A stretch of 64,000 nucleotides of DNA, from NCBI RefSeq assembly GCF_009914755.1, contig NC_060926.1; one strand, 5' to 3'. Shown piece by piece: positions 14,510 to 29,950 of this stretch. The notes under the pieces are model-generated. The model worked only from the letters and a program-made list of their open reading frames with translations, searched no databases and was not told where the DNA came from. The DNA is from the human T2T-CHM13v2.0 reference genome, Homo sapiens. The translations under genes were made by a program, and so were the position numbers. Position 1 is the stretch's first letter; every line of letters starts with the position of its first letter.

Positions 14510-15716
14510 AACATCCTCCTAGGGAGCTTAGCACCTCACTGGCTGTCCTTTCTCCATCACCTTTCTAGATCCCCATGCTATGTTGACCTTTGAGTTTTAG
14601 AGTGCTCCAGGGCTCAATTCTTGGACTACTCCACTTATCTAACTATATCACCTCTTAGGTGATTTCTTCCAGTCCTATGGCTGTAAATGCCATCTACATG
14701 CTAAAGATGTTTATATTTTTCTTTCTAGTCTCAGTAACTCCTGAGCTTCAGGCTTTTGTGTCTGCCATCTAGTGTATATCTCTCCTTGGATGTCTAAAGT
14801 CATCTCAAAACTAACACACCTAAAATGATGGGTATTAATTTCTGTTGCTCACACCCCTCCATGATCTAGCTCCTCTCTTGTCTTCCCCATCTTCCCCATC
14901 TTTACCCAGTTGCCAGGCCAAAAACCTGAGAATTATTCTTGAACTTTCTCATTCATTTCATATTCAACCCATTAGCAAGTCCTGTCAGCTATACTTTCAA
15001 AATATATTCCACATATATCTCCAGATTAATCCCAGCAGGTCACTGCTATCTTCCTAGGTTGGATTGGCTTCATCTTTCCCAAAGATCTCTCTGTGTCCAC
15101 TCTTAACCTGGCGGGTCTGTATTCGATCCTCTATATTCATCATGAATCATCAAAAATATAAAGCTCTTCTTGTCATCCCCTGTCTTCCAAGGGCTTTTCT
15201 TCCTACTTGGAATTAAATCTCAAGTCCTTACTATGGCCTGTAAGATCTGCCAGGGTCTGGCCATTGCCTGTGGCTCTTTATTTATTTTCTACCACTCTCC
15301 TTCTGCACTTACCTCATTCACTCTGCTCTAGCCATAGCCTCCCTTCTAGCCAACTAACTTTCCATCTCAGGGCCTCTGTTCCCTCTGCTTATAATTCTCC
15401 TCACCCAGATACATGCATGACATATTCCCCCTCCTCATTCACAAATCTGTGCTCTTCCTCCAGATAGCTGCAAGGCTTCCTTCCTCATGTCATTCAGAGT
15501 GACTGCTCTGTCTAAAATAGCAACTCTGCCACTCTCTATTCCTGCTTAATATTTTATAGCACTTCTCATTACCTGAAGTAATATTGGTTATTTCACTTGT
15601 TTATTCATTGTCTGTCTCCTTGGCAAGTGTGGAAGCTCCATTTGGACGTGGCATTGTGTGTGTTATTCATCACTGTCTCTAGAAACAGCATCTAGAATAT
15701 GGTGATGAATGAATGA
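14510..15716 (+). mobile_element. L2 LINE fragment
   Basis: ctccttggatgtctaaagtcatctcaaa...ends gaatgaatga. Confidence 0.75.
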
Positions 15717-15879
15717 CTCAATGATGGAATTACATTCATCTTTTTTTCCTTGATATCCTTACCCATCCTCTAATTTTCATCTTTGATGGTTTAAGTCATT
15801 TCTTTATATATCCTCCTACCTTGCAATTAATATTCAACAATATCCTGGTCCTTTTAGAATGGAGGAGCATCTCATTTAA

Positions 15880-16115
15880 GAGGCAGTCAAAATGCATAAT
15901 GGGTTCAGGCATAGGACCTGGAAAGAGACAGACCTGAGTTACATTCTGGCTGTCTAGTTACTAACTTCGTGATTTTTGGACAATTTGCTTCATTCTCTTG
16001 ACCTCATTTTCCTATGCTATTATCACACCTGTATGTTTTTTATAAAGCATAAGTAAAATCATACATGTAGAGCTCTTGGTTTAGAATTAATGCTCAAGTA
16101 TGATACCTGTTATTA
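15880..16115 (+). mobile_element. MIR SINE
   Basis: gacagacctgagttacattctggct...cctcattttcctat...aatgctcaagta. Confidence 0.65.
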
Positions 16116-17899
16116 TTGCCTTTGATCCTAAAGAGTTGTGTAAACTAATTTTTTGTGATTAAATCATCGATTAACAAGTGACCACATTTGTTTTTTTTGT
16201 TTGATGCTCTGGATGTGATCCCTGCTTTTCTTAAGATCTGCTTCCTTGGATTGGGATTATAAATTGGGTATAGAGGGAAGGAGGAGGGGAGAGTTTGCTT
16301 GGCTATTCTTAAATGAGATGAGTCATATTTTGGGCTTAGGGATACTAAGGGCAGAGTTCCCCTTTCATCATTTAAATATGTAGTAAGGTCAATATTTAAA
16401 CCACTCCAAATGAAGCTGTATAATAAAAGTAGCTTCTGTAGTTTCTATAACTGATTTCATCTTAATTGCAAGCCTCACTCTACTGGGTACTAGAGCTTGG
16501 GGGAACATAACCTTTCAAATTAAGGGTATGCCAGTCTTTCTTGGTTAAACAAGTTATATTTTGGTCATTTAATTTTTCGCTTTTACATATTCAGCTTTTC
16601 TATGTTCCTCTGCCTTCCCCATCCTCCCTTTCAAAATGAGGTTATTGAGTTAAGAGGAACCTATGGGGCTGACACACTGACTTCTGGGTCTTTCTTGGCA
16701 TCTGACTGGGGGTGGCCATTTTGATCTGACCCTGAGGGTCTGGCACTGTACTTGCAGAGGTGTTCAGACCTGATTTGCATGTGCTTTGTGTACCATACTG
16801 GCACTCAATGATAAAATATGTTTTTTCCCCAAGTATAAAATCTTCATTTCCTGCCTGAAGTCTCTACTTGTGCAGCTGCCTTGCTCTGTGAGCATGGGTT
16901 TCCTTAGTTTTCTTCATTCTCTCAGCTCCTGGAAAGCCGTGGATGGTGAAGGAGGATATTAGGACCTCTCAGGTGCTTTAGCTTCACCATGCTGGACATT
17001 TATAGTTCAAGTGAGAGAATGCTTTAGTCCACTAACCTAGAAATGTTTGTAATTTATGTATAAACTACCCTTGAGACACTGTCATGTTGTTCTCATGCCA
17101 TATAGGACAAAGGAATTGACAAGGGAGCTTGCAGATTTTCCTAGACTATGCTTTGAGGAGCAAAGATCAAGCATGCCTCACACTAGAGTTTCCTCATACA
17201 CTTGAGGGTATGCACCACACCTACCTCCTTTCTACTGCCTGAGGGTCACCCCTGGCTGGGAATATACTCCTTCTAACTCATGTTTCTTCCTTTCTGTCTC
17301 CAGCCTCTGCTAATGAGAAATGGAAGAACTGTTTTTCCTGTCTGGTAGGAACTTCTTATCCTCCATCCTCAATACACTATGGCTTATAGTAAAACTCTGT
17401 GATCAGAGTTCAACATGGTTAGTTTTGATATAGAAATAGGGAATTTGTAGTAATGATAATAAAATCTCAGAATCTTTTTCTTTAGCTACAAATTCTGACC
17501 TTTAATATTATTGTTTCACTATATACTCATTAATTTTAGTCTTTGAGACTCAGAGTCTGGCATTGACCTTCTTCCTTTAGGCAGAGCCCCTCCTCTCCAT
17601 CCTAGGAGACACTTGACCTGCACAATGGAGGGTATAAAGGGAAAAAACTTTCAAAAAAATGATCAATGCCTCTCTTTAACCTATTGATCACATTATTGTC
17701 TTGACATGTTTTATTTTTTCTTCTTCCTTTTTTTTCTGCTGGTTTGGTGCTGCCTGATGGTCATTTAGATCTTGTTGTTTATGTTGGTCTTGCTAATTCA
17801 TGATTTTTTAAATCAAAGAAATTAGTCATAGACAAAGGCATGTACTTAAGTTGAGTCAATGAGCTTCAAAATGGTATCTTTTACACACAATTTCAAGTT

Positions 17900-18960
<1,061 letters not shown>

Positions 18961-18999
18961 ATATATTTAATATCAAGAAGAGCTTCCTATACTATCATC

Positions 19000-19220
19000 A
19001 GTGAGGCTAGCATTTATTGTTCACTTGCTGTGTGCTGAGTCCTTTGTATTCATTACTCCTAGGCAATTCTTCTAACAGCCCTATGAGGTAAGAATTTCAA
19101 ACCCCATTTTACATACCAGTAACTGGAACTCCAAGGGGATATAGATACCTTGGCCAAAGTTTTACAGTGGGAAATATCAGAACTAAGACTTGAACCCATC
19201 TGTCTGACTCCGTAGTGTGC
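19000..19220 (-). mobile_element. MIR SINE
   Basis: aacagccctatgaggtaag...ccccattttaca...gacttgaacccatctgtctgactcc. Confidence 0.7.
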
Positions 19221-19306
19221 TTAAAAATATATTTTACTTGTTTACACTTAATGTTTAATATATTCAGTTTTAAAGGTAATGCACATTTGTTATGGAAATG
19301 AAAAAA

Positions 19307-19666
<360 letters not shown>

Positions 19667-20734
19667 TCAGCGTATTATAACACAAAAAGCTGATTCTTGG
19701 CTTTATTTTGCTGGGTGAACTTCCTGGTGGGGATGCAGGAGTTTGAGACACCTACAAGAATACACAGCTGGGTGTATCTTCTAGATGGTTGCTTACGAAT
19801 CTGGATCTCAGACTAGCAGTCAGAGCTAGAGACACATATTTGGGAAAAGTCAGTAGATGGGTGGTAGGTAAATTGTAAAATTAAAGAAAAGAAAACCAAA
19901 CTTTTCTTAATTATTGCAGCTGTATGTATCCTGACCTTCTGCAAAGAAAATAAAAATATGCTTATTTTTTCTGAAGAAATGAAGGGATCAGTTCATGCAA
20001 GCAGATGTGTATGGAATGTCATACCTACTATCATGATAGCAAACTTTGTCTCCATGACACTCTGAGGCAGCTATGTCTGTGGAAGCATGAATTTGTCAAA
20101 TGAAAGGATTTAAGGACAACTGTTTTTAAAGAACATCTTGCACTCTTGCATTATCACTTCCTTTTTCATCTGAATGATTTCTGTGTTCTTGGGAAAATAC
20201 TAGCATTTCTCATTGTTAACTTGGAAAAAAAGAACTGCGCTGGGTTATTTTATAGGTGTCAAAAGCTACACAGGAAGTAGAGAAGCCAAAGAAGTACTAA
20301 CAGTGTGAAACAGTTTGTGTTCTTTGTTCCTTGTCCAAAAATAATTGATTCATTAATCTCAGCTATATCAATCTGGCCCCATTATGAGGGTCAAAGACAG
20401 GTTAATTCTAATAAGTTGATGAGTATCAGTTCACAGATAAGGCATGCATTTAACAGATATTATCTTAGCAAGAAAGCAATAATTAGAAAAGTTATTCAGT
20501 GAGGTGATTTCAGGGAAAACAGGATAATAAAACCCCTAGTTTCTATCTCAGGGTTATTAGGAGAATAAAAACTGAGCTATGTTCCTAAAATTGACATTTG
20601 GAAGTAAAGCACAAGGTAAACTTGTCTCCTCTTTGAGAAGAACCTTTTTTTGAAAATAATAAAACACTTTCACTAAGGGAGCAATAATTTCACCCAAATC
20701 ACAGAACAGTTGGGGTGAAGAATTATGGGAATTC

Positions 20735-20945
20735 AACCTTAGGTTGCTTTGGCTTTGATTCCTGAACCCATTACTTCATTATCTGACTTTGAGCAAATAA
20801 CTTAATCTTTATAGATCTCTGTTTCTTTCTCTATGAAGTGGGATGAGAATCTATTTCTCAGATTTGTTTTAGGAATTGAACAAGAATATGCAGGTGAAAA
20901 CATGAAGCACAGTCTTTCATGTACTTTAATTGTTCAATAAATGTT
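20735..20945 (+). mobile_element. MIR SINE
   Basis: tgactttgagcaaataacttaatc...tctctgtttctttctctatgaagtggga...ttcaataaatgtt. Confidence 0.65.
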
Positions 20946-22127
20946 CTTTCCTTGCCCCTTCTGAATAATGTACTCTAATCAGGTACTGACTGGCATGGTC
21001 TCCCTTTCCAGAAGAATGTTATTGTAATTTTGAATTTGAGCAAAATAACCAAAATAACTGTTCACTCGTATCGAGTGGTTTCATTTTTTTTTTTTTTTTT
21101 GCTTCCTTCCTTTGCTTCCAAATACGGCATTGCTTTTTCTTTCGTGAAACTTAACAGATTTAAGAGCACTGTTTATACTTCTATTGTCGAGGGTAATCAT
21201 TCATTGGAAGTAAGGCAATGTCCCATTGTTACAGTTATTGGTGTCTATTGGGAGAAAAGTTAGAATTTTATTAAGTCTGTTCAAACATTACATTTCTTAC
21301 ACTTCCCAAGAGGCATCCTGGCTTATGTAAATTTCTCTCTGATGATACTTATATTAACATGCTTATCCCTCATAATGGAATCGTATTCGTGAATGTCCAT
21401 TGTTCTTTTCTCCTGCATCATAACCATCACCACATGCATAGGGAAGCCATTAAAATGGAGAAAAAAATATTACATAAAACTTTTTTACCATTCAAGAGAA
21501 AAGTACAGGAATGAGAATCTAGTTTATGTCTTGTACTTTCTTAGGGGTGGAATCTGATAAATAAGACAGAGATATTGCCACACTCCGATGGAAGAGACAG
21601 GCATGTGTAGAACCAACAGTGAGCTCAGTGTGGTACTGGTGGCTTGCATCTACTTTTACTGATATCTACAGCTGATCCATGTGCAGTCACTTGTTACCTG
21701 ATTTGCAGGTAAATGGTACATATTTTAGTTAGGATGTTTCTCTGTACTGAGTAGGCAAAGAAGGGTCCCAAATATAGTGCCCTGACAGTTTTGGGGTGGC
21801 TGCTTCTCTGATGTGTTGTCATATGGTGGGGTTCTGGGGGTACTCCTTGTTCTCCTAGGAACACAGAATCCTTTGAACACTATGGATTTATTCCAGTTTA
21901 CATAATTCCATGATCCAACAGTTATTCACTGTACCCAGCTCTGGGGGCAGTGTATACCATCACACTTAAGAATCATCCACAGGGATTTCAAACTATACTC
22001 TGAGAGGCCAGAGGCCTCTCTGAGACTGAAAGCAATGTTCTTCCAACCCCCTTTAGGCAGAGCTTTGTGATTTTGATCTTTTTCAGATGTTGGGCCTGTA
22101 CATGTGGTTTTGATTCTGATAAAGTTT

Positions 22128-22451
22128 TATTAGTCGGGATCCAGTCAGGTATACCAAAATTATTCTAGAGACCTAAATAGAGAGAATTTAACACAGGGGT
22201 TAACATAGGTGTTGGAAGAGTGGAGAAGCCAATCAGTGGACAATGTGGTAACTATGAGGCAACAGCTGAAAGCTACCAGCATTCCTAAATCCAGAGGAAC
22301 AAGGGAGGGAGAAGTGTTGCAAAAGCTTAGGAACTGGGGCCACTTGGTGGAAGCTGGAATTACAGCTGTCCTGCATATTGGATGCTGCATCTGTATCTAC
22401 CTAGGGCAAGATTTTTCAGCAAAAGCTGGCACCAAGGAGGAGAGGCCACCC

Positions 22452-22501
<50 letters not shown>

Positions 22502-22630
22502 TCGGTTTTCTGGTTTCTCCTTTTCTTTTGTTCTCCAACCTCCTTTCATTGTCTCCTGATGACCAAGCCTAGCAAGGGAATTGGAAACTCATGAAAGGTA
22601 ATTTGGAGAAGGGCTAAGATTGGATCTGAG
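22128..22630. mobile_element. Ancient LTR (LTR78-like) with internal (GA)n
   Basis: tattagtcgggatccagtcagg...agagagaatttaa resembles the recalled LTR78 terminus. Confidence 0.5.
22457..22500. repeat. (GA)n microsatellite
   Basis: Direct reading. Confidence 0.9.
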
Positions 22631-22649
22631 CACACATAGGTGATGACTA

Positions 22650-23040
22650 TTGAGGCAGACGTGGAGATGGAGATGAGCTCTCCTTCAGGAAGGAAGCAGC
22701 AGTGTGGTTAGACAGCCTCCAACTGTCAGCTCTTTCAATCTGTCTTAGCTACAGAGAGCTTGCTTACCTGAGGTCATGCCCAGTTCAGGGCAGCCCACAG
22801 CTGGAGAGGTAGGAGAACATGTAAAGGCCTAGCCATCAGAGTGCAAGGTGGTATAGCTCTTAATAAGCAATATTCTCTCCAAAGCTCTAAGCTAGGTTTG
22901 CCAACACTTTAACAAGCCTGAATTGCACTTCACTTTCTTTTTCTGCTCACTTCACCCTTCTTCCTTTCATATGTGTTGATACCTAGTAAATGTCTTGTGC
23001 TCCAAACGCCATTTGCATCTGCTTCTAGATAACTGGAAGT
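22650..23040 (+). mobile_element. ERVL LTR (LTR41-like)
   Basis: 3' end agtaaatgtcttgtgctccaaacgccatttgcatctgcttctagataac resembles LTR41/LTR16 ends. Confidence 0.5.
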
Positions 23041-26000
23041 TGGAGAGAGACTTATTAACTCAAACCTTGGACATGATCCAGGGCAGAGGGAGAAAAGAAC
23101 ATGCTTTGGATCTGGGAGGGCCAACAGGATTGTAATTCTCTAGAGATGTTGTGAAGCCTCAGAAAAGGGAGAGACTGTTGTGCATTGGAGCATCTGGGCA
23201 CATTCCTATGGAGGAGGTGAAAGGATTGGAAGATATGAATAGCGTAGCGGTAAAGGGAGGCTTCTGGAAGACATGAAGAGCTCAATCAAAGGGTAACAGT
23301 GGGCATTATTATGCTTAGTGCAAAAGGCAGTGCAAGAATTTAGGACCTGGCCTTGATACTAAATTCTGCTTCAGGGAAGGATGAGAAGCCGTGATAAGCA
23401 AAAGAAGTTTTTCTTTTTAACTTTGCAGCATCTGGGGAAACATATTTCACAGTGTGGCAGAAAGAGGTGTGCAGATTTTAAATAAGCTTTCTAACAAGAT
23501 TTTGTACCCTGGTTTGTTTATGTATTTATTTTGCCCCATAAAACATTTAATCATAAGAGCATAACTGAGGCAGGTACAAGTCATTGTTTAAATATAAATT
23601 CTTTTCATTTTGGGGGTTTCATATGAGAAAGGAAGAACATCAGAAAGGCACTGTTATGTAAGCAATTACAGGCTGGAATGTTGTGCTAACCTATTATGAA
23701 CTTTGGTTTAGGAGAGGAGTGGCGGTAGTATACTAAGGCAAGATGTGCTTGTTTGTTTCTTCTAGATTAGATTTAAGTAGTCTGTAAGCATGAACTTGAA
23801 GAGAGAGGTTATTCCTCATTCCTCATCACAACTTATTCCTGAACATTTGGAAACTGAAATTAGAAGTTTCCACTGATTTCTTGAGATATGATATAGCTCC
23901 CACAGTATGTTGTTTATACAAAAGGGGTATTGGGATCATTCCCGTGACTGGCCATGGTGTGGATGGACTGATGAGGGGCTCTGGTGAGCACAGGGGGTAG
24001 TCGGTCATCTTCCTGTCACTGTCCCTCATCTTGGCTGAGGGATGACTCCTTAGACTTCCCAAGACGAGCAAGGGATTTTCTATTTGTATTAATGATGGAT
24101 GCTTAACCCCAGGGGTTGAATCAAGGGTGGGGTGTGGAGTCTTCCAGATAAAATGAGGTCTTTGTTGCATTTTCCATGGCAACATCCACAGCAATTTGGC
24201 TTGAGAGTTTGGGGTTCCTGAGTCACTGCCTCTTCTGTCTCCTTGGTTATCACACTCATACCCTGGGTTATCGTACCCTGGGTTGGGTAACTAAGGAGAC
24301 ACCAGGTACTGAGCAGATGTCTTGAAGCCACTCTTAAGATTACCTTTCATGCTTAGTGTTGTGTGGGAAAGGAGTCATAACTAGGAAATGTGATCATTTT
24401 GTTCATTAAAGAAATGAAAACACTTTCTGCTACAGTAATTTGATAATAAAATTTATATATTATGAGAAGCAGGAGCAACACCCCAGTACCTGCCTGATTT
24501 TCTTTAGGTATGAAGCTAATACTAAATAATTAACACAAGAATCGTTTATGGATGCCCTAATTTTATTGAAAAGCACTCTGTGATTCCATTTTAACCTTAC
24601 TTAGTAATTCATACAGAGTGCAGGCAACATGGGCATTATTATAATTATACATTGAAAATTGCCCTACTAGGATATAACTTTTTTACTTGTATAATGTAGA
24701 ATTCAGCAGGAATATGACCAGAGCTTGGTAGGTGCAGAAGAAAATCACCCACTGAAGCACTGTATGGGTTTTACGATACACAGATTTCCATATTACCTTT
24801 AGGACAGCATTAGGATTTACTAGCAACTCTATTTCCTAGGACTCTATTGATATGCAATAAATATCAATAATAAAAATAGTGATGAAAAGTTGAGACTTCA
24901 TCTTTTATATATTCTCCTGGGTCTGTGTGTAATCATATGGGTTATTTAGAGTTTATGTAAAGCTTAGTTCTGGCCACAGGAGAAACATTTGAAAAATCTT
25001 TCATTGAATATAATTTTTCTATTTTTTTTCCAATCTAGAAGACTTTTACAGCTGAATTAAAGGTGGGAATGAAGATGCCTTGTGAACACATCTTCATTTG
25101 GATGGAAATAGTAAATGGAATTGCTTTGATTTGGAATAAACGTCCGGAAAGGAAGCCTTCTACCCCACTTAGAGAGGACTCTGTTACTGGTCGAGGTGCC
25201 AGTATTGCTAATAAAGTCAGGGAGAAGTGGGAATAAATGCAGAATGAGAAAATCAGATTTGGTCAATAGGATCTCAGAGTGGTGGACTTTCCATGATGGA
25301 AGTGAATATGCATTAAGGATTACTTGATTTTAGTTTTATCTAGAACACTCTGGAAAGCAGTTCTTAGAATCGGGAATCCTCTTTCTATTTGGATAGGATT
25401 ACAGGCTCAGAGGGGAAAGGATATTTTGGAAAGTTTGGGGGTGATTTCTGTCTCATGGAGCAAAGATTATGGGTATTCCTGGGAGGGGCCCCATGGCTTT
25501 CTGATAAAGTCCTTAGTGCCCAGTTTAGAAAAAGCTGACTATATATCTGGATTTTTTCATAGACAGAATCTATTTCTTTTAAGATACTTCTTTGTGGCAA
25601 CCTTGGATAAGAGTTGTATGACTGCATATGATTGCTGGCTGATTCTCTATAGGGACACAGAATCCCTTTGCTTGACAGGGTCTTTCTGTCAGCGCCCACC
25701 AAGGCAGTCTACCTACATCCCACCCTTCAAAAGCAGGTCAAAAAGCATGTAAGCAGAACTTTGTCTTTTGAGATTCTTGCCTTTAATGTTTACCTTACAC
25801 ATTGGCAGGATACTTTCTCTACTTCAGGCTTCTATTTAGTTTGAATGAATATATCAGAAGCACAGGGTGTGGAATTCTAAAACCATGCAGCCCAGCTTAG
25901 CCTTATTCCTCCCTTCTTATGAGAAAACATTTGCCAAGATTCCAGTGTGCATTTAAAGGTTCCCCTCACACCATACTGGGTTGTCTCTCACTGTGGGGGT

Positions 26001-26256
26001 GGAAGGGACTTAAAAGATCATCATATGGAATCTGCTATCTGTTTTGAAGCACTTTCTGCAAATACAGAGACCATTATTTGTAGCATCAAAGATGTAAGAG
26101 ATCTTAGAGGTCTTCTAATCCAGGTTTCTCATACAGTGCACAATTCCTGTACAACATTGTACAGTGCTTCTCTGTCAAATGTGGTCAGAGCACTACAGAT
26201 AACACTGTGCTAGTCTCCTCAAGATTTGGAAGCTGTGAATTTACTATTAGGCGGCC

Positions 26257-26441
26257 CAGTGCATCTTAAAACTCTAGCATGCATCAGAATCACCTGGAAG
26301 GCTTGTGAAACATTGTTGGGCTTCATTCTAGAGGTTTGGGAATTAGTAGGGCTGGGATCTGGCCCTATAATTTGCATTTCTAACAAGTTTCCAGGTGCTG
26401 TTGATGCTGCAGGTCCAGAGACCACATTCTGACAGCCAGTG
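26257..26441. mobile_element. MER5A (hAT-Charlie) DNA transposon fossil
   Basis: gcatcagaatcacctggaaggcttgtgaaaca...aatttgcatttctaacaagtttccaggtg...gaccacatt. Confidence 0.85.
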
Positions 26442-27769
26442 ATATAACATACAGTTTTGGAGATTTGAAAACTAGCAAAAGAACATAGGATAAAAAGACA
26501 GATGCTAAATTAAGTGTGTAATATAAATTCTAATAATTTTTCAAGAAATAGCTCTAATTTGAAAATCATAATTTTAGATTTTATTATGATTTCCTGAATA
26601 TATTTGTGAGGGGCAATGAAGACTTAAAACCTAAGTATTTATTGTATCTTTTAATCCAATTTTTGCCTAGAAGTAAATCTGTCAATCATTTTGAGAAAGC
26701 TCTAGGGGTTTTTAGTTATGCAAAGTTTTATTGAGAATGAAATGTTCTTATTCTCTTGAAAGTTTGTTTAGAGACATGTTAAATTGAACAAGACTTTTGG
26801 TGTTTTAAAAATTCATAATTAATTTCTCACTCTGTGATCACAAATTCCCAATTTCTTTTCCTCTTTTACTCCCTTCTCTCTCAGTTTTTAGACAATAATA
26901 ATTTTGACAGCAACAATAGCAGCTACTGTTTATTGAATGTCTTTTTGAGCCTAGCACTTTATGGCATCTCTGAGTATTCTAATAACCCTGCAAGTTAAAT
27001 TTTTTAATTCCCATTTCCAAGATGAGGAGGTTGATACTGAGAAATGTCACCTGACTTATTCAAATACATATGCAATCTGATATCTTACATTGTAAAGACT
27101 TGCATTTTCTTTATTGTAAAACACATCCCCTTACCACCACTGATACATCTGGTTTCTGATGCATTTTGTCTTTGCTTACATCAATGTTGTTTGAAGGAAG
27201 TTTAAGAGACTAACATGTTGAGTGCCTAGTAGGTGCCATAGCTTTTATATGTTGTTTCGTTTATTGCTCACTATACTCTGCCAGTAAAGTAATGCTAAAC
27301 TCATTTTGAGAATGAGAATTCTGAAGCATTGAGAAGATTAAAGGACTTACTAAATAACTTGGGAAGGAGTATTTGAACGCTAGTCTTTTTGCCATCTAAA
27401 CCTGTACTCTGTCCAAGGCACCATGTTGCTTCTCTAAGCTTTGAGATGGCCTGATCTTAAATGCTATTAAAGTTGCTAATTGTGCCTAACTATGGCCAGA
27501 CTTACTGATGGGCAGAACAGAAAATCTTCTTGCTAGAGAGATTTGAGGGGAACAGGGATGTCCTGTCCCCATCCTAGCTCCTAGTGAAACATGCAGGGGG
27601 TGGGGAGTCTGATATATATCCATTAGTGCATTATAGCAGTAAATATAGCCTTGATCTCTCTGGTTGTCTTCTGCAAATATGTCCACCCCTGGGAGGGCTA
27701 ATGCACTCAAATAGCCTTCCAGATTGCATTTCATTCTCTAGAGAAATAACCTGAATAATATTTAGAAAA

Positions 27770-29460
27770 ATTGTTTAGATATTTTTGTTACAGAATATTA
27801 GAGACATACAGAAAGGTAAAACAAACAATATAACACCTAGGCATAAACCACCTAGCTTTATCAAATCTTAATAGTTTTTTTATATTTGCTTCAAAAGGTT
27901 TTTTAATATCCTACCATTACTTTTACATTGGAAGTCATTTATGTTTTTGCCCTAAAACTGTTCCCTTCCACCTCTGCTGAGTTAAGCAGTATCCTTTATT
28001 TGGTGTTTATAATAACTCTAATATATATTTTAATTCTATCACTGCATATATATGCTTTTATAAAATATATTTTTTGACATTTTTAAACATACCTCTATGG
28101 TATGAAGCCATAAAGTATGGTTTCATACTTTATGTATCATTCTGCAATTTGCTTCTTCACTTAATCTTATGTGTTTTGAGATTTATCTATGTCAATAAAT
28201 ACAATGTTAGTTTATCAATTTTTACAACTGTATAATGCTGCATTGTATGAGTACATTAAAATTATTTATCCATTCTTTTCTGAATGGTTTTTTAGGTCAT
28301 TTCAATATTAGCCATGGAAAACAGTGAAACAGTGAACATTTTTGTATATTTTTCTCTTTGAGCACATTGGAAAGACCTCTCTAATATTGCCTAAAAGAAA
28401 CGTAAAGCAAATGATATAAAACAAGTGTAATTTCAGGGATAAAGAAAATATACATCTTCAAACTTCCCTCAGTGATGTCAATTTTTAAAAAGGGTTGTTC
28501 TGGTGACTCTACCATTAGCAGCTTGTAAGAGTTTCTTGTTGCAGGACTTCTAAATGGCAGGCATTTTAAACTTTTTTTCAGGCTGAAAGTGTAAAAAAAA
28601 AATGTGAGTATGGCTTTAATTTTAATTTCCCTAATTACTAATGATATGGGACTTTTTTTCCATTTGTTGCTTGGCAATGAATACAGGATAGTTTCTACCT
28701 ATTTTTAAGCAAAAATAATTATTTTATAGCTAATATTTAATTATAGTTTTAATTTAATAATGTAGTTTCATGAATATTTTGTGCTCACTATTGCTTATGT
28801 CCTACATTTTCCCTTTATTTTTACTTCTCTTCTTTTGGAAGTATATCCTTTAATAATTTTTAAAAGCCCTAGTGTTTATATGTCTTAAACTATCATTATT
28901 TTGAACTCAGCCAGGAGTGATAATTTAGCTGGTTATAAAATGAGAGATTTAAATTTATTTTTCTTCAGCTATTGGAAGATATTGCTGCACGATTTTTTGT
29001 TGCTGATGAATACTCTGCCATCAGAGTAATTTTTCTATTATTCTGGTCATCTCACTTTTCTTTCTGAAAATTTTGTCTTTCAAAAATATATTGGTGTGTT
29101 CTTCAGTTTTTCTGTATATCTAAATATGAATTTATCTTTAATGATCTTGCTTGATACCTAACATATTCTTTTCATTTGAGGATTCGTATATTTCCTAAAT
29201 TATGGCGAAGTCTCATCTCTTATTTCTATAATTATCTTTTTATACCATTCTTTTATTCTCATCTGCTATAAGTATTCTTGTCCACCATTTCTTTATTCTT
29301 TCTTTCTGCTATCATTTGCATGGTATATAGCTCTTCATTCCACTCCCCATGTCTCTTAACAGCAGCACCTTGCCATTATTTTTTGCTTTTTGTCTTTGTA
29401 TCCTGGATTCTGTGTAAATTCTCCAGTAATACTTTCTGATTTATTTAAAGTTTTCTTTGA
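27770..29460 (-). mobile_element. Old L1M (L1ME-like) fragments
   Basis: ORF 28381..28677 contains SLVIREIKIK (cf. L1 SLIIREMQIK); T-rich L1M 3'-end character. Confidence 0.6.
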
Positions 29461-29489
29461 CTACTTTTAGGCTAACATTTATGTCATTG

Positions 29490-29930
29490 TATTGTTAGGT
29501 CTTGTTGCAAATGAAATTGCTATCCAAATAGTAGCTTAAAACTATTTTTTATTATTGTTTACATGTCAGTGGGTCAGCTGGAAATTAGCTGATCTGGGCT
29601 GCACTCAACTGGGGTGACTTTGTTCTATTTGCCTCTACTGTTTTTTGAACCGGGGCCTAGAGAGGGATGTTTTTCTCATGATGGCTTTGGAGATATAAGA
29701 TGGCAAATAGAAATACTTGAAGTCTCTTAAGGCCTAGTCTTGTATCGTTACAGCCTTTTTCTACAGGACAAAGTAATTCATATTGGCTAAGCTCCAAATC
29801 AAGGGATGTGGAAATATCCTCAAAGGATGTGGAAATATCCTGCCATTGTGGGAGGAATTTCAAAATCAGTGACAAAGGATCTAACCACAGGGAAAGATGA
29901 AGAATTGAGGCCAATAATTCAATACACAAC
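29490..29930 (-). mobile_element. Old MLT1 (H/I-like) LTR
   Basis: gtagcttaaaac...gtgggtcagctgg...gaagaattgaggccaataattcaa pattern. Confidence 0.55.
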
Positions 29931-29950
29931 TATATATATATATATATATT

